A DNA stretch of 64,000 bases from contig JAYFMW010000020.1 in NCBI GenBank assembly GCA_042408215.1, positions 544,001 to 608,000 of the forward strand. The letters are read 5' to 3'. The notes under the pieces are model-generated. The model searched no databases. It saw nothing but the letters and a program-made list of their open reading frames with translations, and was not told the DNA's origin. The translations under genes were made by a program, and so were the position numbers. This DNA is from Microcoleus sp. (GTDB lineage: Bacteria > Cyanobacteriota > Cyanobacteriia > Cyanobacteriales > Microcoleaceae). Positions 37,365-48,547 of this stretch are shown here, piece after piece. How positions within the stretch are numbered: the first letter of the stretch is position 1; each line of letters opens with the position of its first letter.

Positions 37365-40300
37365 ATGAACGCTAATCAGCCGTCTGAGGCAAATATACCC
37401 GAATCGATCGCACTATCCCCCATCGACCTGGAACAGCCAAACACAGTAGAAGCTCCCTTTCCCATCGTGGGGATTGTCGCCTCTGCGGGAGGGTTAGAAG
37501 CATTCACGGAGTTACTCCAGCACTTACCCGCCGATACGGGCATGGCCTTTGTGCTGATTCAGCACTTAGACCCCAATTACAAAAGTCTGTTGAAAGAAAT
37601 TCTTGCCACAAAGACCCAAATGTCTGTCAGTCAGGTGGAAGACGGGACGACTGTAGAGCCGAATCAAGTATATATCATTCCGCCCAACGCCAAGATGACA
37701 CTCCTGTCCGGGGTGCTGAAACTCACACCCCGCGAGAAAATTTATGGCAAATATATGCCGGGAGATGCGTTTCTCGTGTCCTTGGCTGCCGATCGCGGAC
37801 ACAAGGCGATCGCCGTAGTATTATCCGGGGGAGACGGAGACGGTTCCCTGGGGATCAAAGCAATCAAAGCAGCCGGAGGAGTGACATTTGCTCAATGCGA
37901 AGCCTCGGCAAAATTCGATAGTATGCCGAATACCGCAGTGGCCACAGGTGATGTAGACTTCGTTCTGCTCCCTCAAAAAATTGCTGAGGAATTGGCAAAT
38001 CTCAGTGACAATCCCTGGCTGGCTAGCCCGCTCCCGACCATCGCCGTTGCAGAATTACCCCCTGAGAGCGATGTCCGGGCGACTATTTTGGGAATGCTGC
38101 GATCGACCACAGGCGTTGACTTCAGCCACTACAAAGCTGCCACGATCGATCGACGCATCCAGCGACGGATGTTGCTGCATAAGCTAGAGCGATTGGCAGA
38201 TTACGCCCAATATTTGCGAGACTATCCGCCTGAAGTCCAGGCCCTGTATCAAGAAATCCTGATCCACGTCACCAGTTTTTTCCGCGATCCAGAAGCCTTT
38301 AAACAGTTAAAAGAGCTGGTTTTTCCCGCGATTACCCAAAATAAATCGGCAAATAGTCCCATCAGGATTTGGGTGGCGGGATGTTCCACAGGAGAAGAAG
38401 TTTATTCGATCGCCATCTGTTTGTTAGAGTTTTTGGGCGATCGAGTCCCCCTACCACCGATCCAGATTTTTGCCACAGATATTAGCGAACCGGCGATCGC
38501 CAAAGCGAGGTCTGGCTTCTACTTAGAAAACCAGATGATCGACGTTTCAGCTCTGCGACGCGATCGCTTCTTTATGCTCGAAGGAGGAGGCTATAGAATC
38601 AACAAAAGTGTGCGCGAACTCTGTATATTTGCCAGACAAAACTTAGGCAGCGACCCGCCTTTTTCCAATCTCGATCTAATTAGCTGTCGCAATGTGCTGA
38701 TTTACTTGGCAGAGCCGTTGCAAAAACGAGTGATTCCCATTTTTCATTACAGTCTTAACCAGACTGGCTTTCTCCTATTAGGCACTTCTGAGAGTATCGG
38801 AAAATTCTCATACTTATTTACGCCGCTGCACACAAAGTGCAAAATATATGCTAAGAAATTGACTGAGAATAGTCCCATATTTTCGTTTACGACGAGTTCT
38901 TACCCCGTCGCTAAAGTAGATGAATCGCAGCAGCAAATGAATGAAAATGATACAGATAAGTTTGACTTACAGCGATATACAGACCAACTGATTTTGAATC
39001 GCTATGCCCCAGCAGGTGTGGTTGTCAACGAACAGATGAACATTCTGCAAGTGCGGGGAGACACCAATGGTTACTTGAGACTGACACCAGGGATTCCCAG
39101 CTTAAACTTGCTGACAATGGCAAGGGAAGGCTTGCTGATCGAGCTTCGCACTGCGATTTATCAGGCACAAATGCAGAACATAACTGTGAGAAAAGAAGGG
39201 GTAACGGTGGTCGCGGGCGGGCGAGCGAGTCTCGTGAATCTTGAGGTGATTCCCTTCCAGCCTGGGACAGTCGCAGAACGCTACTTTTTGGTTGTATTTG
39301 AAGAGGCTTTACCCACTGCGATTAACCTCAGTACCGTCAATTCTGAAAGCTCGGAGCCTCGTGATTTAGAGCGTGAGATTGTGCTGCTGAGGGAGGCAAT
39401 AGCCACCGCTAACGAAGAAAAACTTTCGGCTCAATCGCATCTGCAAGCGGTGATCCAGGAGCAGGAAAATCTCAACCAAGACATCAAAGTTGCCAACGAA
39501 GAAATCCTCTCGAGCAACGAGGAGTTGCAAAGCACCAATGAGGAACTAGAAACGGCAAAAGAAGAGATTCAAGCCACCAACGAGGAACTGATCACCACTA
39601 ACGAGGAACTTCGCAGTCGAAATCTCGATCAACACCAAATCAATAACGACCTGATCAATTTGCTGGGCAGTATCAATATCCCGATTTTAATGCTGGAAAA
39701 CGATTTAAAAATTCGACGCTTTACGCCCTTGGCGCAGCAACTTTTTAATCTGATTCCTACAGATATTGGACGACCTTTTAGCGATCTTCGCTCGACTCTT
39801 GATGTTCCAGATTTGGAAGCGATGATTTTGGAGGTGATTGATACTCTCCAGACGAAAGAACAAGAAGTCCAAACTCTAGCGGGCTATTGGTACATCCTCC
39901 GCATTCGTCCTTATCGCACGACGGAAAACCTGATTGACGGTGTGGTAATGGTTTGGATCGATATTGATGCTCTGAAACGCAGTTACAAAACCTTGGAGTT
40001 AGCCCGAAATTATGCTGAAACGATCGTCGAAACTGTTCAAATACCTTTAGTTGTGCTGAATGCTGATTTACAAGTGAACACAGCCAATCGATGTTTCTAT
40101 GAAACCTTTCAGGTTTTATCCCCAGAAACATCAAATATTTCGCTGTTTGAATTGGGAAATGGGCAATGGAATATCCCGCAACTGCGATCGATCTTGGCAG
40201 ATATTCTGGTGAGTGATGTTCAGCTTCACAACTTTGAGTTAGAACACGTATTTGAGCAGATTGGGCAGAAAACTATGGTGCTGAATGCTTGTAAACTGCA

Positions 40301-41561
40301 ACGAGAAGACCAAGCTTTAATGATTTTGTTGTCGGTCGAGGATATCACCGAACGCAAGCAGTTTGAGAAGGAACGATCGCAGCTATTGATGCAGGAGCAG
40401 TCAGCCCGTCAACAAGCAGAAAACAGCAACCGTGCTAAAGATGAATTTCTGGCGAATCTCTCCCATGAACTTCGTAACCCCCTGACTCCGATTCTGGGAT
40501 GGGCAAAATTGCTGCGAACCGGGAAGCTGAAGGAATCCTCCGTTACTCGCGCCATAGAGGTGATTGAGCGGAGTGCGATCGCCCAAACTCAGTTAATTGA
40601 AGATATTCTGGATATTTCCCGGATTACCAGTGGTAAGCTTAATCTCGATACCAGTCCGATCGATCTGCTTGTAGTGGCGCAAAGTGCGATCGACGGGGTT
40701 CAATTATCAGCGGATGCCAAAAACATCCAAATGGTTGCCCAGTTGAGTTCTGCGACTGTTTTAGGCGATGCTGACAGGTTGCAACAAGTCCTGTGGAATC
40801 TGCTATCTAACGCGATTAAGTTTACTCCATCGGGTGGACGAGTGGAAATTGTCTTAGAGGCGATCGACAGTCACGCTCAAATTCGAGTCAGCGACACGGG
40901 AAAAGGCATTCGTACAGAATTTTTGCCGTATATTTTCGATCGTTTCCATCAAGGTGATTCTGGCACTACCAAGGTTAATCAAGGGCTAGGATTGGGTTTG
41001 TCGATCGTGCGTCATCTAGTCGAACTTCATGGTGGTACAGTGGGAGCCGAAAGTCCGGGTGAGGGAAAAGGAACTACGATGACTGTGAGGTTTCCTCTAG
41101 TTTCAATACCCCAGGAATTTACACCGCCAACTGTATTTACACTACCGCTAAACAGCTCGACAGATAGCGCCCCCAGCCTTGAAGGCTTGCAGATCTTAGC
41201 TGTAGATGATGATCCCGATACTCGTGAGTTATTGCAATTTTTCCTGGAAGAATACGGGGCTCAGGTGCTGACGGTTGGCTCTGCAAAAGAGGCGATCGCC
41301 GCTTTGACTGAAAACCTTGACAAATATGACGTACTGATCTGCGATATTGGAATGCCAGAGGAAGATGGGTATTCCTTGATTCAAAAAGTGCGCTCTCTGG
41401 ATGCCGAATCTGGAAAAATTCCAGCCGTTGCGCTTACTGCTTATGCTAGTGTTCAAGAACGGCAAAAGGCGATCGATGCTGGTTTCCAAAAGCATATTGC
41501 TAAACCTGTTAAGCCAATTCAACTAGCATTAATCATTGCGGAGTTAGCTGGAAGATCTTAA
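37365..41561 (+). CDS. CheB/CheR-PAS hybrid histidine kinase with receiver domain
   Basis: ASAGGLEA, IQHLDP, IWVAGCSTGEE, ISCRNVLIY, SHELRNPL, C-terminal REC domain. Confidence 0.95.
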   Translation: MNANQPSEANIPESIALSPIDLEQPNTVEAPFPIVGIVASAGGLEAFTELLQHLPADTGMAFVLIQHLDPNYKSLLKEILATKTQMSVSQVEDGTTVEPNQVYIIPPNAKMTLLSGVLKLTPREKIYGKYMPGDAFLVSLAADRGHKAIAVVLSGGDGDGSLGIKAIKAAGGVTFAQCEASAKFDSMPNTAVATGDVDFVLLPQKIAEELANLSDNPWLASPLPTIAVAELPPESDVRATILGMLRSTTGVDFSHYKAATIDRRIQRRMLLHKLERLADYAQYLRDYPPEVQALYQEILIHVTSFFRDPEAFKQLKELVFPAITQNKSANSPIRIWVAGCSTGEEVYSIAICLLEFLGDRVPLPPIQIFATDISEPAIAKARSGFYLENQMIDVSALRRDRFFMLEGGGYRINKSVRELCIFARQNLGSDPPFSNLDLISCRNVLIYLAEPLQKRVIPIFHYSLNQTGFLLLGTSESIGKFSYLFTPLHTKCKIYAKKLTENSPIFSFTTSSYPVAKVDESQQQMNENDTDKFDLQRYTDQLILNRYAPAGVVVNEQMNILQVRGDTNGYLRLTPGIPSLNLLTMAREGLLIELRTAIYQAQMQNITVRKEGVTVVAGGRASLVNLEVIPFQPGTVAERYFLVVFEEALPTAINLSTVNSESSEPRDLEREIVLLREAIATANEEKLSAQSHLQAVIQEQENLNQDIKVANEEILSSNEELQSTNEELETAKEEIQATNEELITTNEELRSRNLDQHQINNDLINLLGSINIPILMLENDLKIRRFTPLAQQLFNLIPTDIGRPFSDLRSTLDVPDLEAMILEVIDTLQTKEQEVQTLAGYWYILRIRPYRTTENLIDGVVMVWIDIDALKRSYKTLELARNYAETIVETVQIPLVVLNADLQVNTANRCFYETFQVLSPETSNISLFELGNGQWNIPQLRSILADILVSDVQLHNFELEHVFEQIGQKTMVLNACKLQREDQALMILLSVEDITERKQFEKERSQLLMQEQSARQQAENSNRAKDEFLANLSHELRNPLTPILGWAKLLRTGKLKESSVTRAIEVIERSAIAQTQLIEDILDISRITSGKLNLDTSPIDLLVVAQSAIDGVQLSADAKNIQMVAQLSSATVLGDADRLQQVLWNLLSNAIKFTPSGGRVEIVLEAIDSHAQIRVSDTGKGIRTEFLPYIFDRFHQGDSGTTKVNQGLGLGLSIVRHLVELHGGTVGAESPGEGKGTTMTVRFPLVSIPQEFTPPTVFTLPLNSSTDSAPSLEGLQILAVDDDPDTRELLQFFLEEYGAQVLTVGSAKEAIAALTENLDKYDVLICDIGMPEEDGYSLIQKVRSLDAESGKIPAVALTAYASVQERQKAIDAGFQKHIAKPVKPIQLALIIAELAGRS

Positions 41562-41580
41562 ATATTTGGGAGATAAGACT

Positions 41581-41710
41581 CGGCGGTTGAAACCGCGTCT
41601 ATACAAACAAAACCCGCCTCCGCGGGTTGAAGAATGCCGGTTAAAATTACCTGGTTTTCTTCAGTCCGCGGAGGCGGACATCGTTTGTGTAGACGCGGTT
41701 TCAACCGCCG
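41581..41710. repeat. REP-doublet (REPIN-like) inverted repeat
   Basis: CGGCGGTTGAAACCGCGTCTA...TAGACGCGGTTTCAACCGCCG. Confidence 0.75.
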
Positions 41711-41809
41711 TCTAATCTCAGACATCGTTGATATAGACGCGGTTGCAACAGCCGTCCGATCTAAAAACAATTGCCAAAAACATCGCAATATGAGAAAATA
41801 TCAGAAAAT

Positions 41810-42103
41810 TTGACACTCCCCGGTCTGAAGACGCGGGGATTCTTAAGGACAAACTTTGGGGGATGAATCCACCCAAACTTCGGTTCTTAAAGGGTAAGTC
41901 AGATACCCGCTACCCACTCGCTCATGGCTGAGTCTATGGCTACTTTGGTGCCTAACGGCTTGCAACTGTCGGGTTTTTCACCAACTAGGTTTCAGCAACT
42001 TTATCAAACCAAAATCGGTTTGTCAAGATGGGGCAGGCAGGATAAATCCTGCAACGCCCTTTCATCCCTGGACTAAAGTCGCAGGGTTTTCAGGGTATTT
42101 CTT
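41810..42103 (-). mobile_element. 294-bp non-autonomous IS605-type mini-element, copy 2
   Basis: Reverse complement of 20726-21019 with few differences; again preceded by TTAT. Confidence 0.9.
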
Positions 42104-42127
42104 ATAAAAATTAGGGAGTTCAGATTC

Positions 42128-42871
42128 TTGGTAACTATTAAATGTCGGGGCATTACCTTCTCTCATATTCAAGCCGTGATCTTTGACAAAGACGGCACTC
42201 TAGAGGATTCTCAGGAGTTTTTGAGACATTTGGGGATTAAGCGATCGCGCCTCGCAGACGCTCAAATTCCGGGCGTTGGGGAGCCATTACAAATGGCTTT
42301 TGGCATCGAAGGTGGTAAGATTGACCCCACGGGCTTGATGGCAGTCGGTAGTCGCCGGGAAAACGAAATTGTGGCTGCGGGATATATCGCCGAAACTGGC
42401 AGAGGATGGATAGAATCTTTAGCTATTGCTCACCGTGCTTTTGATGAAGCCGACCAAATGTTGAAAAATAGTCCACCTTCTCCTTTATTTGTTGGCAGTT
42501 TGGAAGTGTTGAAATCTCTCTCCGAAGCTGGTTTGAAACTGGGTATTCTTTCGGCGGCTACGACAAAAGCAGTACAAGATTTTGTTAAAACTTACCAATT
42601 AAGTGACTACATTCAGTTAGAAATGGGTGTGGATTCTGTGCATCTCAATAAACCAGATCCCAAACTATTTTTGCTGGCTTGTCAGCAACTAGGGGTAGCT
42701 CCCGCAGCAACTTTGATGGTGGGAGATTCGGCCGGTGATATTCAGATGGGTAGAAATGCTGGTGCGGCGGGCTGTATTGGGATTTGTTGGGGTAAACCGG
42801 AAGTTAGTCATTTGGAAAAGGCTGATGTGGCGATCGCATCTTTGGATGAAATCCAAATTGTAACAGATTGA
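42128..42871 (+). CDS. HAD-family hydrolase
   Basis: IFDKDGTL, KPDP, MVGDS. Confidence 0.9.
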   Translation: MVTIKCRGITFSHIQAVIFDKDGTLEDSQEFLRHLGIKRSRLADAQIPGVGEPLQMAFGIEGGKIDPTGLMAVGSRRENEIVAAGYIAETGRGWIESLAIAHRAFDEADQMLKNSPPSPLFVGSLEVLKSLSEAGLKLGILSAATTKAVQDFVKTYQLSDYIQLEMGVDSVHLNKPDPKLFLLACQQLGVAPAATLMVGDSAGDIQMGRNAGAAGCIGICWGKPEVSHLEKADVAIASLDEIQIVTD

Positions 42872-42922
42872 GTCGCTCTGGCGGTTTTGCAGCGCTCAAC
42901 CCGTCCCTACCAAATATAATTG

Positions 42923-43420
42923 CTATACTGCCTTCAAATGCAGGCCGACAATTACTACATCTCTTTCAACCCCGTCGAGTTCGGCGACTTTTGGCAGATA
43001 TCCCCAAGGCTGGAAGCCAAATTTATCGAATAATTTTAAACTGGGCTGATTGTGAGCAAAAATTATGCCGATTAAGGTTTTAATGCCTAATTCTGGACTT
43101 CGCCGAATTGCTAATTCCAAAAATTTGTGCCCAACTCCGCAGCATTGGCGATCGGGCGTGACGTAGATGCTAACTTCTGTTGTATGCTGATAGGCTGCGC
43201 GTCCGTAGAAAAGCTGAAAACTCAGCCATCCAATGATATTTTGTTCTGATTCCATTACCCAAATGGGTAAGGAATTGGGTGAGTGTTCTCTGTACCAAGC
43301 GAGACGACTTTCGACTGAGACGGGTTCTAAATCTGCTGTAGCCATTCTGCCCGGAATTGCTGAATTGTATATTTCGACAATTGCTGGCAAATCGCTTTCA
43401 ACTGCATCGCGGATTTTCAT
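42923..43420 (-). CDS. GNAT N-acetyltransferase (phosphinothricin/methionine-sulfoximine type)
   Basis: DLPAIVEIYN, AYQHTTEVSIYV, HNQPSLKLF. Confidence 0.88.
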   Translation of the reverse strand: MKIRDAVESDLPAIVEIYNSAIPGRMATADLEPVSVESRLAWYREHSPNSLPIWVMESEQNIIGWLSFQLFYGRAAYQHTTEVSIYVTPDRQCCGVGHKFLELAIRRSPELGIKTLIGIIFAHNQPSLKLFDKFGFQPWGYLPKVAELDGVERDVVIVGLHLKAV

Positions 43421-43424
43421 AGTT

Positions 43425-43697
43425 TGGTTGACTGTTGGCTGTTGACAGTTAACAGTTAACTGTTAACTGTTAACTAATGACTGTTAACAGTCAACTGTCA
43501 ACTGTTAACTGTTAACTGTTAACTAATGACTAATGACTAATAACTAATGACTAATAACTAATGACTAATGACTAATCACTAATGACTAATCACTAATGAC
43601 TAATCACTAATGACTAATCACTAATCACTAATGACTAATCACTAATGACTAATCACTAATCACTAATGACTAATGACTAATGACTAATGACTAATGA
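43425..43697. repeat. STRR heptamer tract (CTGTTAA / TGACTAA / TCACTAA)
   Basis: Direct reading of the sequence. Confidence 0.9.
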
Positions 43698-44764
43698 CTA
43701 TTATACAGTTGCATCACATCGCTAATCGCCATTCTCGAATGTGCTCCTAAAGTTAATCGCGAAGTGTGTCCTTGCTGCAAGTGTTCGGCGGCTGCACAGG
43801 CGATCATTGCTGCGTTGTCGGTGCAATATTTTAAGGGCGGAAACAATACTCGCAGATTGTGTTTGGCTGCTGCGGTTTGTAAGTGCTGTCGTAATCCGCT
43901 GTTAGCCGCCACTCCGCCGCCGATCGCAATAGTGTTGAGTCCCAGATTGACTGCACAGGCGATCGCCCTTTTTGTTAAACTCTTAGCTACAGTCTCTTGA
44001 AAGCTGGCCGCTATATCATTAATTACAGATTCAGGCAAGATGCCTTCGCTACCAAAACTATTATTTTCTTTCTTGAGTTTCTGCACTAATTGCAAAACTG
44101 CTGTTTTCAAGCCACTAAAACTGCTGTCATAGGGATGATAGCCACCTTCGGGTAGCGAAATTCTGCCCTCTGGCAACCTAAAAGCTGTAGGATTGCCCAC
44201 TGTTGCCAATTTGTCAATCAGTGGCCCGCCGGGATAGCCTAGCTGCAACAGTCTCGCGATTTTATCAAAAGCTTCCCCCGCTGCGTCGTCGCGAGTTTGT
44301 CCTACTGTTTCGTAAACGCCACAATCTTTGACGTGAATTAAGCTGGTGTGTCCCCCAGAAACTAACAGACACAAAAACGGCGGCTGCAAGTCTGGTTCGG
44401 TAAGGTAAGAGGCGTAGATGTGGCCTTCGAGGTGGTGTACGCCTAAAAAGGGTTTTTGGTGGACGATTGCCAAGGTTTTGGCCGCCGTCAGCCCGACTAA
44501 TAACGCACCCACTAAACCGGGGGCACAGGTGGCTGCAATCCCGTCAATTTCTGACCAAGTGAGATTTGCCTCCGCAAGACACTGGGCAATTACCTGATTT
44601 AGCATTTCTAAGTGACTCCGCGAAGCCACTTCTGGAACCACCCCGCCGAACTGCTGGTGGATCTTAATTTGTGATGCTACAACATTGCTGCAAACTTGAC
44701 GATTCTTAACAATTGCTGCGGCAGTTTCGTCACAACTTGTTTCAATTGCGAAAACGGTTGCCAT
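43691..44764 (-). CDS. tsaD: tRNA threonylcarbamoyladenosine biosynthesis protein TsaD
   Basis: [38 protein letters not shown]. Confidence 0.98.
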   Translation of the reverse strand: MATVFAIETSCDETAAAIVKNRQVCSNVVASQIKIHQQFGGVVPEVASRSHLEMLNQVIAQCLAEANLTWSEIDGIAATCAPGLVGALLVGLTAAKTLAIVHQKPFLGVHHLEGHIYASYLTEPDLQPPFLCLLVSGGHTSLIHVKDCGVYETVGQTRDDAAGEAFDKIARLLQLGYPGGPLIDKLATVGNPTAFRLPEGRISLPEGGYHPYDSSFSGLKTAVLQLVQKLKKENNSFGSEGILPESVINDIAASFQETVAKSLTKRAIACAVNLGLNTIAIGGGVAANSGLRQHLQTAAAKHNLRVLFPPLKYCTDNAAMIACAAAEHLQQGHTSRLTLGAHSRMAISDVMQLYNSH

Positions 44765-44899
44765 TAACTGGTAATTTAATTTGATAGGTTGGCTATTGCT
44801 AGCTTAAACTGTCAACAGAGCAGTAATCTGGATGACCGATCAGCAAGTTGAAATGCTTGTACAAAAACTTATTGTTTTGTAACAAAAGGAAACAATTTC

Positions 44900-45388
44900 A
44901 TGCGACGATTGTTTGCTGCGATTTTAGTGGTCAGTCTTTGGATCAGTTTTGCTCCTGTAGCTTCGGCTTACAATCTAGTGCCGTGCAAGGACTCTCCCGC
45001 GTTCAAGGAACTGGCTAAAGATGCCCGTTCTACCAATGGCGACCCGGCATCAGCCAAAGCCAGATTCGACCGTTATTCCGAAGCTTTGTGTGGCCCGGAA
45101 GGATATCCTCACTTGATTGTGGATGGCAATTTGAGTTACGCCGGCGACTTTTTGATTCCCAGCGTGCTGTTTTTGTATATTGCTGGCTGGATTGGTTGGG
45201 TGGGCCGCTCTTACCTGCAAGCAGCCAAAAAATCTGACTCTCCAGAGGAAAAAGAGATTATTATCGATGTTCCTTTGGCAGTCAAATTTATGCTGAGTGG
45301 CTTTTTGTGGCCTCTGGCAGCTCTCAAGGAAATCACCACTGGTGAAATGTTTGCTAAAGACGACGAAATTACCGTTTCGCCGCGCTAG
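44900..45388 (+). CDS. psaF: Photosystem I subunit III
   Basis: [37 protein letters not shown]. Confidence 0.98.
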   Translation: MRRLFAAILVVSLWISFAPVASAYNLVPCKDSPAFKELAKDARSTNGDPASAKARFDRYSEALCGPEGYPHLIVDGNLSYAGDFLIPSVLFLYIAGWIGWVGRSYLQAAKKSDSPEEKEIIIDVPLAVKFMLSGFLWPLAALKEITTGEMFAKDDEITVSPR

Positions 45389-45512
45389 TAATTTGGGATT
45401 TTAGATTTGAGATTTTAGCTGGGAAAGCAAAGACCTATTCTAAAATCCTCAATCTAAAATCTGTTCTGGCATTTTTTTTTAAAGTTGTCTAAACTTTCGA
45501 GGAGCAGTATTT

Positions 45513-45641
45513 ATGCAATACTTTCTGAAGTATCTTTCGACCGCACCAGTATTGGCAGCAGCTTGGATGGTGGTAACGGCGGGAATTTTGATCGAGTTCA
45601 ACCGCTTTTACCCTGACTTGCTTTTCCATCCACTTCGCTAA
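45513..45641 (+). CDS. psaJ: Photosystem I subunit IX
   Basis: Manual translation [42 protein letters not shown]. Confidence 0.97.
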   Translation: MQYFLKYLSTAPVLAAAWMVVTAGILIEFNRFYPDLLFHPLR

Positions 45642-45755
45642 AGTTTCAGCGAATTTAGGTGGCAAAACCTAGGTCAAAAAAGTTGAGAGTTTTGAATTTT
45701 TGAGCTGTGATTTATCAAGTTATTTCAAAGCTCAAATATCAAAACTCTCAAATCA

Positions 45756-45915
45756 GGGAATAGGGAATAGGGAATAGGGAATAGGGAATAGGGCATACCT
45801 CACTTTCTTGAGAACCTCTATAATGACCAATGACCAATGACTAATGACCAATGACTAATGACTACTGACTACTGACTAATAACTACTGACTACTAACTAC
45901 TAACTACTGACTACT
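45756..45915. repeat. STRR heptamer tracts (GGGAATA; TGACTAA/TGACTAC)
   Basis: Direct reading of the sequence. Confidence 0.85.
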
Positions 45916-45922
45916 TGTATCG

Positions 45923-46735
45923 ATGAAGTCTTATCTCGCCGCAGCAATTCAAATGACTAGCTTGCCTGACCTGCAAAAAAATTTGGTTCAGGCAGAGGAA
46001 TTAATCGACCTGGCAGTGCGTCAAGGTGCTGAGTTAGTTTGTTTACCAGAAAATTTCCCGTTTATGGGAGAAGAGGAGGAAAAGATTGCTGCTTCAGAAG
46101 CGATCTGGCAGCAAAGTGAAAAATTCCTCAAAACTATGGCCCAGCGCTTCCAGGTAACGATTCTGGGTGGCGGATTTCCGGTGCCGACGGAGGGTGGCAA
46201 GGTATACAATACTTGTTTGTTAGTAGATCCGAACGGCAGGGAGTTGGCAAGGTACGAAAAAGTACATTTGTTTGATGTGAATGTGCCCGATGGGATTACT
46301 TATCGGGAATCTAGCACTGTGAAGGCGGGTGAAGATTTGCCGCCGGTTTATGCGTCGCCGGAGTTGGGTACTCTGGGGCTTTCGGTGTGCTATGATGTGC
46401 GGTTCCCGGAATTGTACAGGCATTTGTCCCAGAAGGGTGCGGATGTTTTGTTTGTGCCGGCGGCTTTTACGGCTTACACTGGCAAGGATCATTGGAAGGT
46501 TTTGTTGCAAGCTAGGGCGATCGAAAATACTTGTTACACGATCGCCCCGGCACAGACTGGACACCACTACGGCCGCCGTCAAACTCACGGTCACGCGATG
46601 ATTATCGACCCTTGGGGTGTGGTTTTGGCCGATGCCGGGGATGCACCCGGTGTGGCGATCGCCGAAATTAATCCCGATCGACTAGAACAAGTCCGCCGCC
46701 AAATGCCCTCGCTGCAACATCGGGTTTTTCTCTGA
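45923..46735 (+). CDS. Carbon-nitrogen hydrolase (Nit1 / deaminated-glutathione amidase-like)
   Basis: LPENF, YEKVHLFDV, VCYDVRFPE, ARAIEN. Confidence 0.92.
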   Translation: MKSYLAAAIQMTSLPDLQKNLVQAEELIDLAVRQGAELVCLPENFPFMGEEEEKIAASEAIWQQSEKFLKTMAQRFQVTILGGGFPVPTEGGKVYNTCLLVDPNGRELARYEKVHLFDVNVPDGITYRESSTVKAGEDLPPVYASPELGTLGLSVCYDVRFPELYRHLSQKGADVLFVPAAFTAYTGKDHWKVLLQARAIENTCYTIAPAQTGHHYGRRQTHGHAMIIDPWGVVLADAGDAPGVAIAEINPDRLEQVRRQMPSLQHRVFL

Positions 46736-46987
46736 AGGCATTTTGAGACCAATTGGTCTCAAAATTTCAGTTTCAGTCAGGGACAAGACCTGAATAATTT
46801 TAATTCGGTCGAGGATTTGTGTACGTTCGTACACAAATTTTCAGTTGTCGCGAGTGCCGACAGGGCGCGCTCTTACCCGCCCGTACAACATAATATATTG
46901 TGTAAGGCAGGTTCAATGAGCGTGCAGTTCTGCTAAAAGCGGAATTGGCGAAAGTAGAATTGCACGAAATGCGTCTTTTTTGGAGAA

Positions 46988-47506
46988 ATGAAACACACTC
47001 TTTCGGTTTTAGTTGAAGATGAAGCGGGTGTCCTCACCCGAATTGCTGGTTTGTTTGCCCGTCGGGGTTTTAATATTGAAAGTCTGGCTGTAGGCCCGGC
47101 AGAGCAAGTGGGAGTGTCTCGGATTACTATGGTTGTGCCGGGAGATGACCAAATTATTGAGCAGTTGACTAAGCAACTGTACAAGTTGATTAATGTGCTC
47201 AAAGTGCAGGATATAACGGAAATTCCTTGTGTGGAACGGGAATTGATGTTGTTGAAAGTTAATGCTGCTAGCGCGACGCGATCGGAGGTAATTGAGTTAG
47301 CTCAAATTTTCCGAGCACGAGTGGTGGATATTGGTGATGATACCCTGACATTGGAAGTAGTGGGAGATCCGGGTAAAATGGTGGCGATCGTTCAGGTTTT
47401 GAATAGATTTGGTATCAAGGAAATTGCTCGGACTGGGAAAATTGCTATGACGCGGGAGTCGGGAGTAAATACTGAGTTTCTCAAGTCTTTGGAAGCGAAA
47501 GTTTAA
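46988..47506 (+). CDS. ilvN: Acetolactate synthase small subunit
   Basis: [33 protein letters not shown]. Confidence 0.97.
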   Translation: MKHTLSVLVEDEAGVLTRIAGLFARRGFNIESLAVGPAEQVGVSRITMVVPGDDQIIEQLTKQLYKLINVLKVQDITEIPCVERELMLLKVNAASATRSEVIELAQIFRARVVDIGDDTLTLEVVGDPGKMVAIVQVLNRFGIKEIARTGKIAMTRESGVNTEFLKSLEAKV

Positions 47507-47510
47507 AGAC

Positions 47511-47725
47511 GAAGGAAGTTCGGCAACGGATTCGCTCCACGGATGTAACGGATGTAACGGATGTAACGGATGTAACGGATGTAACGGATGTAACGGAGTG
47601 TCAGGAAGAGGGAAGAGGGAAGAAGGAAGAGGGAAAAAGGAAGAAAAATAATTCAACTTTTTTAATTTACCAATGCCCGATGCCCAATGCCCGATTCCCG
47701 ATTCCCGATTCCCGATTCCCAATGA
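47511..47725. repeat. 9-bp ACGGATGTA repeat element followed by STRR tracts
   Basis: Inverted counterpart of 11082-11145. Confidence 0.75.
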
Positions 47726-47736
47726 CTACTAACAAA

Positions 47737-48465
47737 TTACCATTCTGGTTTAGTTGCTACTAACATCGTTGCGGAAAGGCTATCTATCGGTTTTGAAAAA
47801 AAGTCTCCCTGTCCGTATTCGCATTGCAGCGATCTGAGCAAATTAAGTTGTTCGATTGTTTCTATGCCTTCTGCAATTACCGAAAAACGAACCAAAGCCC
47901 CTGGCTTTAGACATGGGGATGTAGGTGATTAGCGGCTTTAGCCGCCTTGAGTTTGATAAAATCAAGAAGTGATTAAGAACAATTGTCTACGTGTTGAAGT
48001 ATTCTAGTCTCGGTGAGATTCCGGCACAGTAAGTCACTACTGCCAATGGCAGCAAGCCTATACAACTGACAAGCAATATCAGAATACGGAGCGTACCTAT
48101 CTGGCTAGTGATGAACTCTGAAAGCAAAAAACTCAAAAAGTAAGCCCAATTGCAGCACCGCCAGGTAGTTGTTTTGAGGGTCTAGAGGGATACTTGAATG
48201 TCCCACTGTCGCCTTTTGGTTGGCAGGAATCCCCTAGCTTCTAGCTATGGGGAGGTTCAAATTCATGCCTAAATGACCGGCTAAAATTAAAATTGTTTGT
48301 ACAATAGCTTCATTTCCTTCATCCTCGGCCATCCGGCTTCCCTTAGCCCGATCGATTTTTACTTGCGATCAAAGAGTGTCAGTTGGGAAAGTGTGCAGCC
48401 GGCTCAATGGAGAATAGCCAGTGCCGAAATCATCAATATATAATTGAATTTCTAAATTTCTCAAT
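47737..48465 (-). pseudogene. EAL (c-di-GMP phosphodiesterase) domain remnant split by a mini-element
   Basis: IDDFGTGYS...GHLGMN | VIAEGIETIEQL...EYGQG.FFSKP; internal stop codon. Confidence 0.8.
47881..48260 (+). mobile_element. 380-bp non-autonomous IS605-type element inserted 3' of TTAC
   Basis: Left-end CCCCTGGCTTTAGACATGGGG, right-end GAATCCCCTAGC...GGGGAGGTTCAA; excision restores GMNVIA. Confidence 0.88.
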
Positions 48466-48547
48466 TGGGCGAGGACAGTCGTCACGGAGCAGTAACGCAT
48501 ACAAGGTAGGATTTGAGGTAAAGTCAATAATACAGTGAACACTGACT

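Noticed and set aside
44875..44886. 12-nt match (TTTTGTAACAAA) between the psaF upstream region and the flank next to the dead-TnpB RNA, as a possible guide target
   Set aside because: Short and AT-rich, and the guide boundary is unknown; plausibly chance or a shared regulator site.
46740..46840. Two short perfect palindromes after the nitrilase-family gene
   Set aside because: Most simply terminator or REP-like hairpins; nothing supports a further role.
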